In this document: positions 38,712 to 54,365 of the stretch, piece after piece
Layout: every line of letters starts with the position of its first letter
Position numbering within the stretch: position 1 is the stretch's first letter
Source of the DNA: Eledone cirrhosa
Taxonomy: Eukaryota
Assembly: GCA_964016885.1 (NCBI GenBank)
Contig: OZ024745.1
Coordinates: 88,164,001-88,228,000, forward strand
DNA: 64,000 nucleotides
Direction: 5' to 3'
Translations under genes and position numbers: made by a program
The notes under the pieces: generated by a model
Databases searched by the model: none
The model's input: the letters and a program-made list of their open reading frames with translations, nothing else
Told to the model about the DNA's origin: nothing

Positions 38712-40214
38712 GTAGTAATATGTGCTTACACCGTATTTGCCTAAATAAATTTAGTCTATTAGTTGGGATTTAAGAAAACCTTCTGAATGGAAAAGAATAA
38801 AACGATAGGTATTGAGGTACAATAACTCACATCTTTGATTTGCCAGACCAATGTGTCACCATTACTCCAACACACCACCCATGCTGCCTTTCATTGAGTT
38901 AGAAGCTATATAACCATAGCAGGTATATATATGTATATAAATAGGGAGACACAAAGCAGAATTTGCTCAGGAACAGTTAGAGAATCTGAAAATTAGGTAG
39001 TAACAAGTGCTTATGCCGTATTTGTAGAATTTGTCTGTTAGATGGGATTTCTAAAAATCCTCTGAATGGAAAAAAGGATGAGTATTGAACCTACATCTTT
39101 GGTTTTACCATAACACCAACACGCCACCTATGCTTCCTTCTATTCAATTAGAAGCTATATAACTATAGCCGTTTCTAAACAAAGCCTGTTTTGTGTCTCC
39201 CTATTTATATACATATATATACGTGCTATTTGTTTCGAATGCGAGAGTAATGCGAGAATGATACCGGTTGTGATCGAGACATTAAAACTTCAAGGCTTCA
39301 TAAAGCGGTTGAGAATACCATGCGATATTAGTGTCAAGCAAAAAATCTGCCATGCTAGGCACTTTCTAAAGAAGCAATTATCTGTCTGAGGTACTTGCTG
39401 TCACTTTTTTGACAGATGACAACATTTTCCGCTACTTTTCCATCTACATTGCGTGACAAAAGAAATAATAATATTAAAAATAATAATAACATGAGCAACA
39501 AATTATCAACAGCAACATATATCATCGATCATTTGATCATTTGATTAATGTAAAATATGAAAGAAACCTCAAAACATAATTTCTGCTACCACGCCTCGCT
39601 TTGTTTGGGACAACTATGAACAGAGCAATGATTTTCAGGGATATAAATACATCTATGTAGTATAGAGATCGATTTGAGGGTGGTATTGTCATTGGTGATT
39701 TGAATTGAGACAAAAACTAGTTTGATTTTCTTTTATATATCCTCTGCTCCAAGCAATTTTCAGTTTAGTATATTTGATCTACGTGCGAAGCGTTCAATAG
39801 ATTCAAACAGGTTTTCTATTTTTAGTCCAGACACAAACTGAGACACATAAACCCAGACAAGAACTGACATGAACGTAAGCATTAAAACGCATTTAGTATA
39901 TATAAAAAAATCTTATATGAATATATATATATATATATATATGCGTGTGTGTGTGTGTGGGGGGGGGGGGGGGTATGTATTTGTTTGAGTGTATCGATGT
40001 ATTTGTTATCGTCACTATGTTCGCTTCCTCATCTCTCTCTCTGTCTCTCCCCCCTCTCTCTCTCTTTCTCTTTATATATACGAAACTATCTCATACAAAT
40101 ACCTAAATGCATGTGTCTGCATGAATTGATAGCTATATAGTTATATATAATAGTTATTGATAGTTTTATAGTTATATAATTGATAGTTATATAGTTATAT
40201 ATAATATAATATGA

Positions 40215-40246
<32 letters not shown>

Positions 40247-40493
40247 GAATGGGTGTATTTATATGCATATATATATATGTGTGTGTGTTAACATGTGTGT
40301 ATGTGAGCGGGAGAGAGAGCAAGAGAGAAATATGAAACGCAGGAAAGCAGAGATCATTGCATTGTGTTGAGTTCATATTCGTAGCTGTACACTGGATGTT
40401 TCAAGCGGCCATTACTAGGTGTCCCATAGGCACGAACGCACGTAGCTGATCAATAATATATGTGCCATGCAACACTCACGTATGCGCATACAT

Positions 40494-40536
<43 letters not shown>

Positions 40537-40538
40537 CT

Positions 40539-40602
<64 letters not shown>

Positions 40603-42557
40603 TATACATCAATATATACACATATATATATATACACACACACACATATATATAATATACATATATACCTCTCCTATGGAAGTCTAAATCTTCATCTTAT
40701 TGCTAGTCCTTATTATTCGCTCAAATGTTTGTGGGAGCTTTTTTTGAGTCCCCTCTACGTACAAGAAATATCACGCAAATTTTCATTAAACCACATGCTG
40801 GTGTTTTAAAAAGGAATTCAAAATCCTGAACTAGATAAGGTTGACAATAGATGCACATAAACTAAAATACAAAATAAAAAATGGAATTATTTTGATGGTA
40901 AATCTTTCCATGCAGAGCCGACCTGGCGCCAACCAAAGACAACAGCTTGCAGATATTGATTGCATTTTTAGATATATACTTTTAAACATGTGACTCAAAC
41001 ATTATCAATATGTCATAGATGAGAAAAACTTACATAAGCGTTTTATTTTTATTATCGTCCTTTTCAAAACGGATATAAGTCTGGAGAAGTTTCGTCTGCA
41101 TGCACGATATTATGTTTAAATCTACACGTTAATGTAGAATTGCTTTCGTGTGTAAAATTGTTTCACACGCTATTTGAAGACAGATTATTTCATGCTTTCA
41201 GAATTAATGCTTTTTGCATCGATTTCTTTTTTGTGTTTTTAAGTTATATAATTGTGTAGGAATTTCTGAATATCATTTTTCCCTCCCTCCATTTTTTTAT
41301 GTATTCATTTCAACATTCTATAGTAAAAAATAGATTTGAAATGATCGTCTCATTTTTCATTTCCACCCTTATATAAGGAATACGGTCTAAGCTTTCAAAG
41401 TAAAGTGTGATATGTATGTATAAAGCATATGTTTGTGGATGAAAAGATAAATGAAGTATTGAATACTAAAAGTAGAATTATATAACATATCATAAACTAT
41501 AAATTCACAAACGGTTAATACGAGTTTTTCAATTCCCATAATTTCAAAATTTGAAGACTGTAATAATGGTTTCTGATTTATGAACAAAGCCAACAATTTG
41601 GAGGAGGGGAAAGTCAAACTTTGGTACTTTATGTTATTGACCCCATAAGGATGAAAGATTTAGCTAACCTCGACAAGATATGAACTCAGATTGTAAAGGG
41701 TCGAAACAACTATGCCAAAAAGCATGTTATCCGACGCTCTACCGATTACTGTTAATCCACCACGCTAAGATGACTGTAATATTGAAATTATTTTGAAATT
41801 GTTTGTATGATAATTACATTGAAATAAACGTATATCTTCTCACCATGTGCCTACAAAAGGTACATTGTGTGAAAAGTAGAATATAGTAACAGGATTCTTT
41901 AGTTCTATAGATATGTAAATCAAGTTTCATTTATTACCTAAAAGTAAACTATACTAAAAGCACTGTCTGTCATAATCTTTAAAACTATATCACCTAAATA
42001 CAATGGCTCCTCAAACTCATTCATAATCAATTATATTTCGTGAGACTAAATGTCCGTCATCCTTTTAAAGGTCACATTACAGGCTAACATGTTTTTACAG
42101 ATAGTGTAAGATATATATTCTGGTGACCATGCGTGATTATTATTTAAGGCTTACTTACAACTCACATTCCGGCAGTATACAGCGTATCAATTCTATTTAA
42201 AATTTTATTTAAGCCAACACAAACCATTATCCTCTCAGAGTGTAGATGTGAGAAAAATATTATGCGACATCAAGCAGTTCATTACAGCTTTTTTAAAGCT
42301 AAGTTATATATTCCCAAAACAACTGGGATTATTTAGTGCGCATAATTATATCAATGTTAGATTCATTTATAGGCACGAGTGTGAAGTGTAAAGTTTGGTT
42401 AAGGCTGAAGATTTGAGGCGAAGTTACTTTGTAATAAATCAATAAAGCTGACCTAGGCAAACCTCCAGTGCTGGCTGTTTTCCGGCAATATTTCTAAAAG
42501 ATTCTACAAATAATATAATATTGCCACATACAAAATTCGCAATATATATATATATAT

Positions 42558-44180
42558 ACAATGATATTAAATAAATGGAAACTATATTTATAAAGCCATA
42601 TTTATTTTATTATATATATTTCAAGGGTACCAAGACGACATTGGACAACATTGGAACGCTTTCATCAGATAAAATACAAAGTTTGTTTTATAAATAGAGA
42701 CATACCCATGAAAATCATACCATATCGGTTGGAAATTCACTGGATAGCGGAAATATATTAGGGATTATTCAATGATTTATAGATATTAAAACCAAGTGGA
42801 TAAGATTGTTATGGAAATAAGTAAAAATATTATAATTATAATTATAATTTATATATAGTTATAAATGTTGAATTCAGGCGATGTCTACAAGAATTAAATA
42901 AATTCGTTCTTAGATTAGTAGAGTTCTTACATTTAAGTATGAAAAAAAAATGTGTGAATATGCAAATGAATATGTAAATAATTGAAAAAAAAATGTTTAT
43001 TTAAACAACATTGGAGACAGAGAGAGAGAAGATATAAGGAGAGAAAGATAGAAAAATAGTACGAGAGAGAGAGAAGAAATAAACAGGAGAGGATGAATAA
43101 AACTCATATAAATTGTATTTACGATTATTTACGTGTATTTACGTTCATTGTACGTGTATTTACGATTATTAGTTGTTTAAAATACGTTTATAATATAATA
43201 TTTTCTGTTATAAGTAGATAAATAAATAATTAAATAAATAAATAAATTACAAGATAAATAAATAAATAGATGGGTATATCATGTTATAGATAATTGTTTT
43301 AATGAGTTATGAGGGATATTGGTTTTGTATTTGATGTAAGTAAATATTAAGTTAAATTAAATTAAATTAACTGAGTTAATAAGAATATTTATATTTATAT
43401 ATTTTAAAATGGGAAGATACGGAAAAACTCCAGTTTTATTTATTTATTCGTTAGTATGAGACTATTTAGTCAAAATAAGTATAAATGTTGAAAGATATAT
43501 TTAGCTAGACTCAGTTAGTGGTTATAAATCTAATAAAAAATATTGAAAAAATATTAAAAATTTGAGAAAACTTTTTGAAAAAATAATTTATAAGAGATTA
43601 GTAATTTTTAAAAGAAATAAAAATTAAAGAAATAAAAATAAAGAATTACAAATTATAAAGATTAAAATTACAATTAAAATTAAAATTTTTTTAAAAATTA
43701 GAATTATATATGTATATATTTTATGAAACTTTAAGAAGTCGAATTATAGCAAATGCTATAGATATTATGATTTATAGATATTAAAACCAAGTGGATAAGA
43801 TTGTTATGGAAATAAGTAAAAATATTATAATTATAATTATAATTTATATATAGTTATAAATGTTGAATTCAGGCGATGTCTACAAGAATTAAATAAATTC
43901 GTTCTTAGATTAGTAGAGTTCTTACATTTAAGTATGAAAAAAAAATTTCCTCAACAGACAATTTACAGAATCTAGATAAAGCTGTTACCTGATGAAAACG
44001 TACCAATGTTGTCTTTGTACCCTTGAAATATATATAATAAAATAAATATGGTTTTATAAATATAGTTTCCATTTATTTAATATCATTGAATATTTACTCC
44101 AGTAAACTGTTGAGTGCTCTAAATCAGTTATAAACATTTATATTTGTCGGACTTACAACAAATTATATACCCCTTCTACT
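42558..44180. mobile_element. Fold-back element (arms about 42558-42690 / 43975-44088) with an internal about 180-bp direct duplication (42772-42950 = 43767-43945)
   Basis: Reverse-complement and direct matches read from the sequence. Flanked by (TA)n. Confidence 0.8.
42603..42676 (-). ncRNA. Type I hammerhead ribozyme motif
   Basis: TATTTTAT-CTGATGA-AAGcGTtCCAA...TTGGtACcCTT-GAAA-TATATA-TA-ATAAAATA. Perfect 8-bp stem I and palindromic stem III. Confidence 0.75.
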
Positions 44181-44224
44181 TATATATATCAGAGTTTAGC
44201 TTTAAACTATCTCTGTTATTGTAT

Positions 44225-44289
<65 letters not shown>

Positions 44290-44825
44290 GGAAAAAATGA
44301 AACGAAATTTGATTTCTCACTCTTAGTACGGCTGTTACTTAAATATAAGTATGTATACGTACATACATATATGTATACATACGTACAGTAGTATGTGTAT
44401 ATATATATATACACACATGCACACATATATATATGTACGTATGGATTCACCGAACATTTATAATAATGCTTGGTGTGTTTGTAAACAAACATCACGAATT
44501 AAGCCGTACAGTGTCTAGAAACCATCGTTGCTCATTTTTCAACACTGACAGATGAACGCTGTACTAGTTTCAAGCTTATTAGCTATCGTCAGCAACGTAT
44601 ACCTTCCTGCCAGATGGTTGAACGTCTGAAAGTATATACTTTCCTTATGCATATTAACGGCTTAGCAGCCTAATTTGCATATCGAGTGAGTTAATCGGCC
44701 GGGTTACCGAAAACGATAAACGGAAAAAATTAAATATATATATATATATATATATTTAAGTAACAGCCGTACTAAGAGTGAGAAATGAAATTTCGTTTCA
44801 TTTTTTCCGTTTATCCTTTTATATC

Positions 44826-45131
<306 letters not shown>

Positions 45132-45152
45132 TATATAATATATATATATAAT

Positions 45153-45198
<46 letters not shown>

Positions 45199-45220
45199 TA
45201 TGGATATATATTATATATGT

Positions 45221-46211
45221 ATAGGGTGAGGCTAACCTCTCGGTCGTTAATTACCTCGACGTTACCCTCAGTTGGTCCAATGGCTTGCACTTCCCGTATA
45301 GAAAGCCGAATGATACGCTTAATTACATAAGTAAGCATTCTAACCATCACGCCAGCATAACCAAGAACCTGGTAAGAAACGTTTCTTTGAGGCTTTTCTG
45401 TCTATCTACCAACGATCATATTTTCACCGACCATTCCACATATTACAATGAAGCTCTTGCTCGGAGTGGATTTGTCGATAAGGTAGCATATACAGAGTAT
45501 GAGAATAGGCCTAGGAAAAATAGATCCCGACGCATTATATGGTATAACCAACCATATAAAATGGAGGTGGCCACACCATTAGCTAAGATCTTTCTCTCCC
45601 TTATTATGAAGCATTTCCTCCCAGCACATAAATATAGTAACATTTTTAATAGAAATACCATTAAAATTTCTCACTCTACGACTCCTAACCTTGCAAATAA
45701 CATCACAGCTTCAAATTTAGCGAAATTACCAGGCCGTAGGAACACGTGAAACCCTGTAGCTAGTACTAACTGTAATTGTAGGAATCGGGTTGACTGTTCC
45801 CTATCCGGGAAATGCCTCTCTAGTAACATTGTCTACAAATGTAAGGTTGAAACACGCACGTCCCCTAGGTCCTACATAGGGTTAACCGCCAATAGATTCA
45901 AGCAGCGTCTTTACATGCATACCAATTCTTTTCTTAATCCTTCAAGAAGGAATATGACGTTACTTTCAGCTTATATCTGGAGTCTAAAAGACAACCACAT
46001 CCAATATAAGTTACACTGGGAGATCCTAGCTAAAGTAAGATGGTTTAACGGAAATAAAAGCCCATGTGACCTCTGCGTCGCTGAAGCGCTGGAAATACTC
46101 TACGCCAAAGACCACATCTTAAACAAAAAATCTGAGGCAATTTCGGCTTGTAAACATAAATTGCACAAAACCTTCCTGTACTACAGCCCCGCATTATACC
46201 CTAACGGATAG
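45221..46211 (+). mobile_element. Penelope-like element 3' fragment (RT thumb + GIY-YIG), Penelope/Poseidon-like
   Basis: PYRKPNDTLNYISKHSNH, IIWYNQPY, NCNCRNRVDC...NIVYKC...YIGLTANRFKQR, CDLCVAE, LNKKSEAISACKH. Confidence 0.88.
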
Positions 46212-47814
46212 TACGAACTATACGCGGATATTTTACGTCATGATGTGGTAGCTAAGTATATGTTATGTTTATACCGTTACTTATTTGTATAGGTAAGTAT
46301 ATATTCCTGTATGTTTTGTGAAGGTACGTATATTTTTCGTACGTATATTTGCTTGTATAATTTATAGGCGTATATATTATATTATATATACTGGTACTTT
46401 TTGTATATGGTTATGTGTATACGTGAGTTTTGCGTCTGTGTGAGTTTGCAGGTTCGTACGTATGTAGAGTGCGTGTATATGTGTCCTCGGTGTTTTGATT
46501 GACGTAAGTCTGCGAACATATGTGTATTTACATGTAGGTATCTGTGTGCGTGCGTTATATACATATTTATATGTGTATATTACTACAGGTTTATATAATT
46601 ATATGTATCTCGCACACACATACGCATATATATATATCATTTTTATATATATTTGTATGTGTACTTGGTGTATACGTCGTATGTGTGCGGGTACTGGCGT
46701 TGCGTGGGTTCTGTATGTGCGTGCGTGTTTTTTTGTGTACGTGCTTGTATTTGCATACCCATGGCGGGTGTTTTCGCGTATGCATGTTTATGAACGTATA
46801 TGGATGCGTGCATGTATATATTTAATTTCAATTACCTCTGTAATTTATTTACATTATTCTTAACTCTGAGGCCGAGAATCATTCGTTTTCCTAAACAGAA
46901 TTTTAGTCTACGACTTTATACGACAGTTATACCATAAATGTGGTTTTGTCTTTGAGTTTAATTGTTCTCACCGATCCACATTATGACATATTATCTTCGT
47001 TTTTTCTGTTTATTGCCAGAGAACGTCTCCACGAACCACCTATAGAATATTTGTCTACGACTTCATTTATGCTGTAGAAGATCACGCCATCTAGCGTCGA
47101 CTGTGAAGGCAGTCGATTAACTGCCCTTAGTTCTGACGTCACGTTCTGACGTCAGTAGCTGAGACAATAACACTTGGACAATGAGAGCTCGGAGACAATA
47201 GACGTGCTATCTCTATCGTGCTATCTACATGCAGTGATCCAAAGGATGACATCACACCATGCGGCAGTATATCACGACTTAAATATATCCCAACCTAGGA
47301 GCACTAATGTATTTGTATATATTCTGTAATTGCTCCTATTAAAACTGTTTTATAACATAAAATTGAGGTATGTTCCTTCTTCCTTGTTTGACTATGTGCC
47401 AGTAAACAATAACCAATTAGACGGGATGACTGACGACCATCGCCCGCCTAAAATACCATAAACGTGGTTTTGTCTTTGCGAGTAATTGTTTTTTACTGCT
47501 CCAAATAATAACGTATTATCTTCGTTTTTTTCCCGTTCTTTGCCAGGGAACGTTTCCACGAACAAAAGTATCGTCTTTCTGTCTTCCTTCGGTTGCAACG
47601 TTTTTTGAAATATTTACTTCTGCGTTCACAGATTGAGTTTGTTAGTTTCAGAAGATCCCGTTAAGGGTGAAAGCAGCGATTCTTTGCTTAAACTTTAATA
47701 TGCTATTTTATTAAATATTTGTTCTACGGTTCTTATATATTTGATATATATTTAAACTTATTGGGCCCTCTTCGGATTTTAGTCTTCAAATTTATTATTA
47801 TTACTATATATATA

Positions 47815-48626
47815 TCTAATATATATTTGTGAAATGGGTGGTGGTTGAAATTCAGATGTGCACGGTTAAATTGTAGTAGACGTGGTCGGTCGGACATGAT
47901 ATTTACACACCTATGTAAAAAGTGCCAAGGAAACAAATAGACGAGGTTTCAAATCTCTAACTTGAAAAAATGTGGTCCCTAGGGCCCCCAACACGCTCTA
48001 TTTACTATCGCGTTCGGTGAGTTATTTCCCCCTTTTCTAATACTTGGATGAGTTATTTAAAATTTCATACACATTTTAAAACTCATCAACGTCCTTTCGC
48101 TGTTAAAATACAGTACCAATAATTTGAAAAATATTATTGAAAATTTATTATAAAGAAGCAGTTTCAGGGAAAAAAATAGAAATATACACTTGGGGTTGGA
48201 CGGCGTACAATGAGAAGTGGAGCGACGTGAAAAGCGATGTTTATTAACAGCCAAATAGCAATGTCGATGATATGCGAGTTTGAAAATGCAGATTAATAAA
48301 CTGTTGCCTTCCACAGTACGTTTCATTTTCATTTTTCAATTACAGTTGCTCCATATTAAATTTAAATACTTCTCTAACGATCATACAGTACCGTTTTATG
48401 AAATCGATTCTGCAGTAAAATTTTACGAAATGCCAAATCGAAAAAGTCACTGATTTCTAACAAAAGAAATAAAACCCTTACCTTCTCATTGTACGCCGTC
48501 CAGCCCCAAGTTTATATTTCCATTTTTTTCCTGAAACTGCTTCTTTATAATAAACTTTCATTAATATTTTTCAAATTATTAACTTAATAAAAAGTGGCCC
48601 CGGGTGCAACCGGACTCAGCTGCTAG
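47815..48626 (+). mobile_element. Probable non-autonomous Helitron containing an about 100-bp-TIR insert (48118-48217 / 48482-48580)
   Basis: 5' A|TC at 47815. 3' hairpin CCGG gtgcaa CCGG lies 9 nt before CTAG|T at 48623-48626. Confidence 0.6.
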
Positions 48627-48640
48627 TATATATATATATA

Positions 48641-49060
48641 TAAGATCAAAAGATGGTTAAAAGAGTTCCAAGCATTTTATTATGCGCATTTCAAAAACAA
48701 ATATCATCATGGGATATCTGCGTTCTCATCAGATAAAATAGGGAGACATGATATGAAGCTTAAAAAACACTTGTGAATAGTGAAGTTTTAAATCAACATA
48801 TATGTTGATATGTTGATTTTAAATTTCACTATTCACAAGTGTCTTTTAAGTTTCATATCATGTCTCCCTATTTTATCTGATGGGAACGCAGATATCCCAT
48901 TATGATATTTGTTTTTGAAATGCGCATAATATAATACTTGGAACTCTTTTAACCATCTTTTGATCTTATATTATTTATACTCCAGTCCTACAAACTGTAG
49001 ACTGCTACTTATCCGATATTTGCATTGCTTTATTGTGGTACAATAAAACTCACCTCCTAC
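48641..49060. mobile_element. Fold-back element: about 160-bp arms (48641-48800 / 48808-48968) plus right extension
   Basis: Arms are reverse complements meeting at atcaacatat/atgttgat. (TA)n on the left. Confidence 0.85.
48674..48739 (-). ncRNA. Type I hammerhead ribozyme motif
   Basis: ATTTTAT-CTGATGA-GAAcGCAGATATC..GATATTTGTtTTT-GAAA-TGCGCA-TA-ATAAAAT. The + arm copy at 48870-48935 has A9->G. Confidence 0.78.
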
Positions 49061-51012
49061 ACACATATATATATGTAAAAGGTAAATAGAAATATTAATT
49101 CAATCGTTACAATACATGGAAGGAATACTGTTCTACATGCATTCAAATCTATGTTTCGTGACTATTGCAATCTCATTTATTTATGGGGGGAGGGGGGGGT
49201 AAGAGATTTTGGGTTGCTAGGAAAATTAGGGTCATGGACGTTATGTGTAAAGGATGATTAACCAAGTTGAATGTATTGGCATCAATTTTTGATTTTGTTT
49301 TTATTTATAGCGGTGATGTCAATTGTAAGTGCCTTTATTATCTACTTTCTTAGATGGAGGTATTCTTTCTTTTAAATACGAATCTTGTATCTGTTGTGTA
49401 TATGTATCATAATAAAATAAAGGGAAAAGTGCGGGATTGCATCCTGAATATATTTTTTATCCGTTAGTAAAATAAGTTGGATTACTTTGAATAGATAGTG
49501 AATGAATATTACATAATTTATGTACTAAATTTCGTAACACTTGATTAAATATAAATAATTTTATTGTTTATTTAAAGATTCACTTCTTTTAAAATTTTCA
49601 TATGTCAATACTTCTGGATTCTATATCATATCGCTTATATTAACGTTCATATATTTGCATCGGTGTATAACGTTTATATATAATATCGTCTTTTTAAATG
49701 TATCATGAAATGCTTTACCGATTACCGAAGTAATTACAGATTACAGTCTCTTCTCAATTTCTGTGCATGTTCTCAATTATGATTTTATTTGACGTATCAT
49801 ATCTACATGTATATATATTTGCGTATAATATCAATATGCATACTACACATGCTAGCAGAAAACCACCCTAGCGTGGTTTTCTGCTAGTATATATAATATA
49901 TTATAAAAGATCGTTGTCTTTGTGTGTGTCTGGGTTCGGTTCTACGAACGCCAGTAGCGTATTTGAACAAACATTGCATAAAGAGGTAATCATATTCTAT
50001 ATCCACTCGACTCACTGAATTTGAAATTCCAAACAAGACTGCATTTTAGAGTAACAAGTACTTTCCAACTATACTTACTTATACCTTTAGATTACCAACT
50101 GCATATCTTATCAATTGACAATTTCGTGTAATCGGTGATAAGGAATCAAATTTTGATAATTAGCCAGTGTAGTAAATTCAGTAAATTCAGAAGCATAACA
50201 TGATGCAATATTTCTTTTAGATTGTAACACCTTCGATAAACATACATAAATATAGTACAATCCCATATTTGATGGCCTGTACATTAGAAAGCTTGTCAGT
50301 GCTGCCTAATATACGCACAGCAAAACAAGGATGTAAGCACGTAGTGAATTAGAGTTTACTGTGTAAGAAATTATTGTGGAGTAGATATAAAAAGTATATG
50401 TAATTATTATTTACCCCCTGTGACATGCCTTAGACATAACACTTTGTGTATATAGTTATCAAGATCTTTTGATAGCGACTCTGATTTGAGTTCTTCCATT
50501 GAGCTTGAAGTAGACAACAACAAGTATCTCGTAATATGTGATACGATCAACAGAATACCAAGAGTTCAAATTGCAAAGAAATCATGGACTCAGATAAAGG
50601 TCTTCATAAACTTGCCATCACATCTTCAACGGAATATAGTATTAAAAATCAACGACATTATCTTTATCATGTAACAGCCACAGCAAGCAAAATCACAGCA
50701 ACAACAACTATAACATCAATAATATAAATCGCTTGAATATGTACATTTTGCTTGAACAAGATCAAGCTTTTACAGTATAATGTTCTTGTTATTTGTTACT
50801 TGTTTTAAAACGTGTTACGTTTGAAAGGTCTGAACAACGCCGTGGGAATACTGACTAATTTTAGATTGTTGTTTTAGCTGAAATCTTTCTATGAGACCCA
50901 ATGTCCAGGCAATTTCGAAGGAAGTAGAATGATTTCATTAGCAACAACCAACGAAAACCACTACAGTCATACCAATAATCGTAACATGGATCTGGAGATC
51001 CGTATGCCCAAC

Positions 51013-51360
51013 TCATCATCATCATCCCTTAACACTTTTCAGGGTCGTAGGGACATTGTAGTTTTGAACGCGGCACCAACTGCCTCCATCATCTCTGGCG
51101 GTCATCGGCAAGTGCTTGGGTTGTGGCAAAGTTCTTTGCCGTCCACTCACCTATGTCGTCTGTCTACCGCTTCCTCAGTCTGCCTCGCCTTCTCTTTCTC
51201 TCCGCACTGCTCCTTGGAAAATTGTCTCGGAAAGTCCGTTCGATTTTGTTAAATGCTCACAACCACCTCAAGATCCTCCTCTTCACCGTGGTCAGAAGAT
51301 CTTCAAATTGGCTCAAGTGCAGGGTGGTTCATTGTCGGGCTTCCTCATTCGTGATGCATT
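51013..51360 (-). mobile_element. RTE-clade LINE 3' fragment
   Basis: Minus-strand EDLLTTVKRRILRW...KRRRGRLRKR*TDDIGEWT...ADDRQRW, followed by a short (GAT)n tail. Confidence 0.72.
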
Positions 51361-51771
51361 CTGCATTTTCTGCATGAAATTGAACAAATCACCAACGCCA
51401 TACCTAAGGTAGTTATAATAGTAAAGGTTATGATTCATTGCTGAGGAACTTATCAAATAAAGCAACTTGTGTTGCCATGCCAATAATTATTCTGGGTATG
51501 TTATTTTGGTTTTATTTTTTCATGGGTGTATGTTTACTTATTTTCCCCTTAATCTACTAATCATACTTTATCTTAAAACACAGAGGAAATTCACAAATTA
51601 CCTTATTTTCTTCCATCTAGTTATCTAGCTAAAGGATCATTATAAGCTATGGAAGAGGAGAAACGTTAAAGTAGCTCTATAGAGACACACAGACGTTATA
51701 CACAGACGTTACACACACACACACACATACACACTCACAGTCACACACAAGCTGGTTTGAACTACAACTAC

Positions 51772-51842
<71 letters not shown>

Positions 51843-51904
51843 GAGAGAGAGAGAAGCAAAGTAATATCTACTACGCAATATATATATATATATATATATA
51901 TAGT

Positions 51905-52431
51905 GTAAGGAAGTAATAGGGACGTAAACAAGAGACGAAAAGGTGCACTTCATCAGTTGTTTACTACGTATCATAGATGTTTCGGCGCTTAAAACAGGAC
52001 ATCGATCTGGAGCGCGCCCGAGGCCTTTTATCCATCAAAACGCCATGAGGGAAAGAAATGATAGTGAAGAGAGAGGAAGAAAGAAAAAAAAGGGAAAGGG
52101 AAAAAAAAACAAAGTAAACATACCGAATAGAAAAGGGAACAAAGGACATTGGCACTTGTTAGTAAGTAACCGAGGAGAAAATAGAATAAGTTATACTGTA
52201 CGGATGGGTATAAGCCCGGTGGCCGTATAACTGCGGAGCAAGGTTTTTCAGTGGCGATCTCAGTAAAGTGAGAGTAGAGAGAGTGAGAGAGAGAAAGACG
52301 TAGAAACCGGAAGTGAGAGGGGATGAGTAAGAGGATAGAGAGAGGGGGGAGAAGGGAAAGGGAGTTAATCCAAAAGAGGTTTACGACACGTGTGTGACCA
52401 GGCCTAAAACAAGCAGATGGATAGGGATGAA

Positions 52432-52463
<32 letters not shown>

Positions 52464-52790
52464 AAGAGGGAGAGAGAAAGAGAGAGAAAAATAAAGAGAG
52501 AAAGGAGAGAGTCGATATGAAAGCGTGGTGGGACATAAGTCCGAACGGACAACAAATCGAGCAAAACAGGTAGAGAGGAGGTCACAGCAGTAAATACAAA
52601 AATACAGGCATAGAGACAGGCTGTGTGGTTAATGAAAACAAAGGGTAAGAAGGTAATAGGGACGTAAACAAGAGAAGAAAAGTTGCCCTTCATCAGCTGT
52701 TTACTACGGATCATAGATGTTTCGGCACTGTCCTGTTTTAAGCGCCGAAACATCTATGACCCATACTAAACAGCTGATGAAGGGCAACAA
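51905..52790. mobile_element. pLTR-like repeat: direct copies (51912-51987, 52651-52726) plus terminal fold-back (52683-52788)
   Basis: Direct and inverted matches of ...cttcatcagctgtttactacggatcatagatgtttcggc... Confidence 0.7.
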
Positions 52791-53393
52791 TTCTATTTCG
52801 GGGTAATTAGTTGATTTTCCCAAATTGAAAGCTTTTTTAGGAACTTTCAATGTTTATTTTAGGTTTTGCAGTCTAAAAAGCTCAGGCTATCTTAACTGAT
52901 AGTCCTCAGTGAAATATGTATAACGGAGTTTTAAATAAACCTAAATCAACTGAATATGGCCTCCTATCTGTTATTAATATATATATATATATATATGTTT
53001 GTGTCTGTGCGTTTGTGTGTATGTGTGTGTGTGAGCGTTGTGTGGTGAGTGTGTGTGTAAGTATATATAAGTTCAAACCAGTTTGATTCTGAAACATGGC
53101 ATTCTCTGAGACACTCCTGCAATTTTAGTGTCATTGTATTCTCCCATGTCATCGTATTCAGCCTACTTCATATAAGTGACGTTTGATTACATCCTAATAA
53201 TGGAGATTTGGGTGTCATCTTTGAGGGCTTCAAATTTTCTACCCTTATTTATCCTGGATCCGAGCCTTGAAGAACCCAGCAGAAGAGACGCTAGATGCAT
53301 TGGCTATAACACTACCCTCGGGTGATTCTAGATAAAGGTGTATATCAATACATATACAATATGTATATTATCACACACACACACACACACGCG

Positions 53394-53504
<111 letters not shown>

Positions 53505-53520
53505 ACACACACACACACAT

Positions 53521-53572
<52 letters not shown>

Positions 53573-54134
53573 GTCTGTATGAATGTTTTAAGTTGTAATC
53601 ATGTCCCAGCTATCTCAGTGGCTGTGTGAAAACGACAGACACTAGCGTTTCAACATTTTTATCTATCCTTCATCAGTGACATTTAATTATCTGTTGAAGA
53701 AGAAAATAATTTGTTATATTTAGTGTCTCTTGACACCAAATCTTTGACACACGTATGCGGTGAATTCTCAGCTGCCCTTCCTGGATCATTTAGTGTAACA
53801 CACAAATATATTGACGGTTCGAACAAAAACATGAACTTTCCTCTCTAAATATGTATGTAAAAACTAATAATTTTTCTTCTCCATTTTATTATTTTTCGTA
53901 TAAATATCCAATTTAATTGCCCTTTACATTTCCGTCGTTGAAAAAGTATGCAATGTTGAAACCGGTACACGATTAAATGCGGAAACTCCTACTTTATAAA
54001 TAAATGTTTTGATATTATACTGAAAAAATGCCTACACCATTTTCTACTGTATTTTTTCTTTATTACTATTTGTTTATATATATCAACTCGTGTGTCACTT
54101 TTCTACATTCCACACACATACACACGCACACACT

Positions 54135-54208
<74 letters not shown>

Positions 54209-54245
54209 TATATATATATATATGTGTGTGTGTATAGAGATACAT

Positions 54246-54279
<34 letters not shown>

Positions 54280-54284
54280 GTATC

Positions 54285-54365
<81 letters not shown>

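Noticed and set aside
39255-39395. Old R4/Dong 3' remnant (IPVVI...QKSAMLGT)
   Set aside because: Too short and decayed to call confidently.
49190-49800. Possible ancient PLE N-terminal remnant on the minus strand (HDPNFPSNPK-like)
   Set aside because: Only isolated weak motifs and no continuous frame.
52028-52753. 241-aa minus-strand ORF
   Set aside because: Spans GA-rich low complexity and a duplicated repeat, with no protein motifs.
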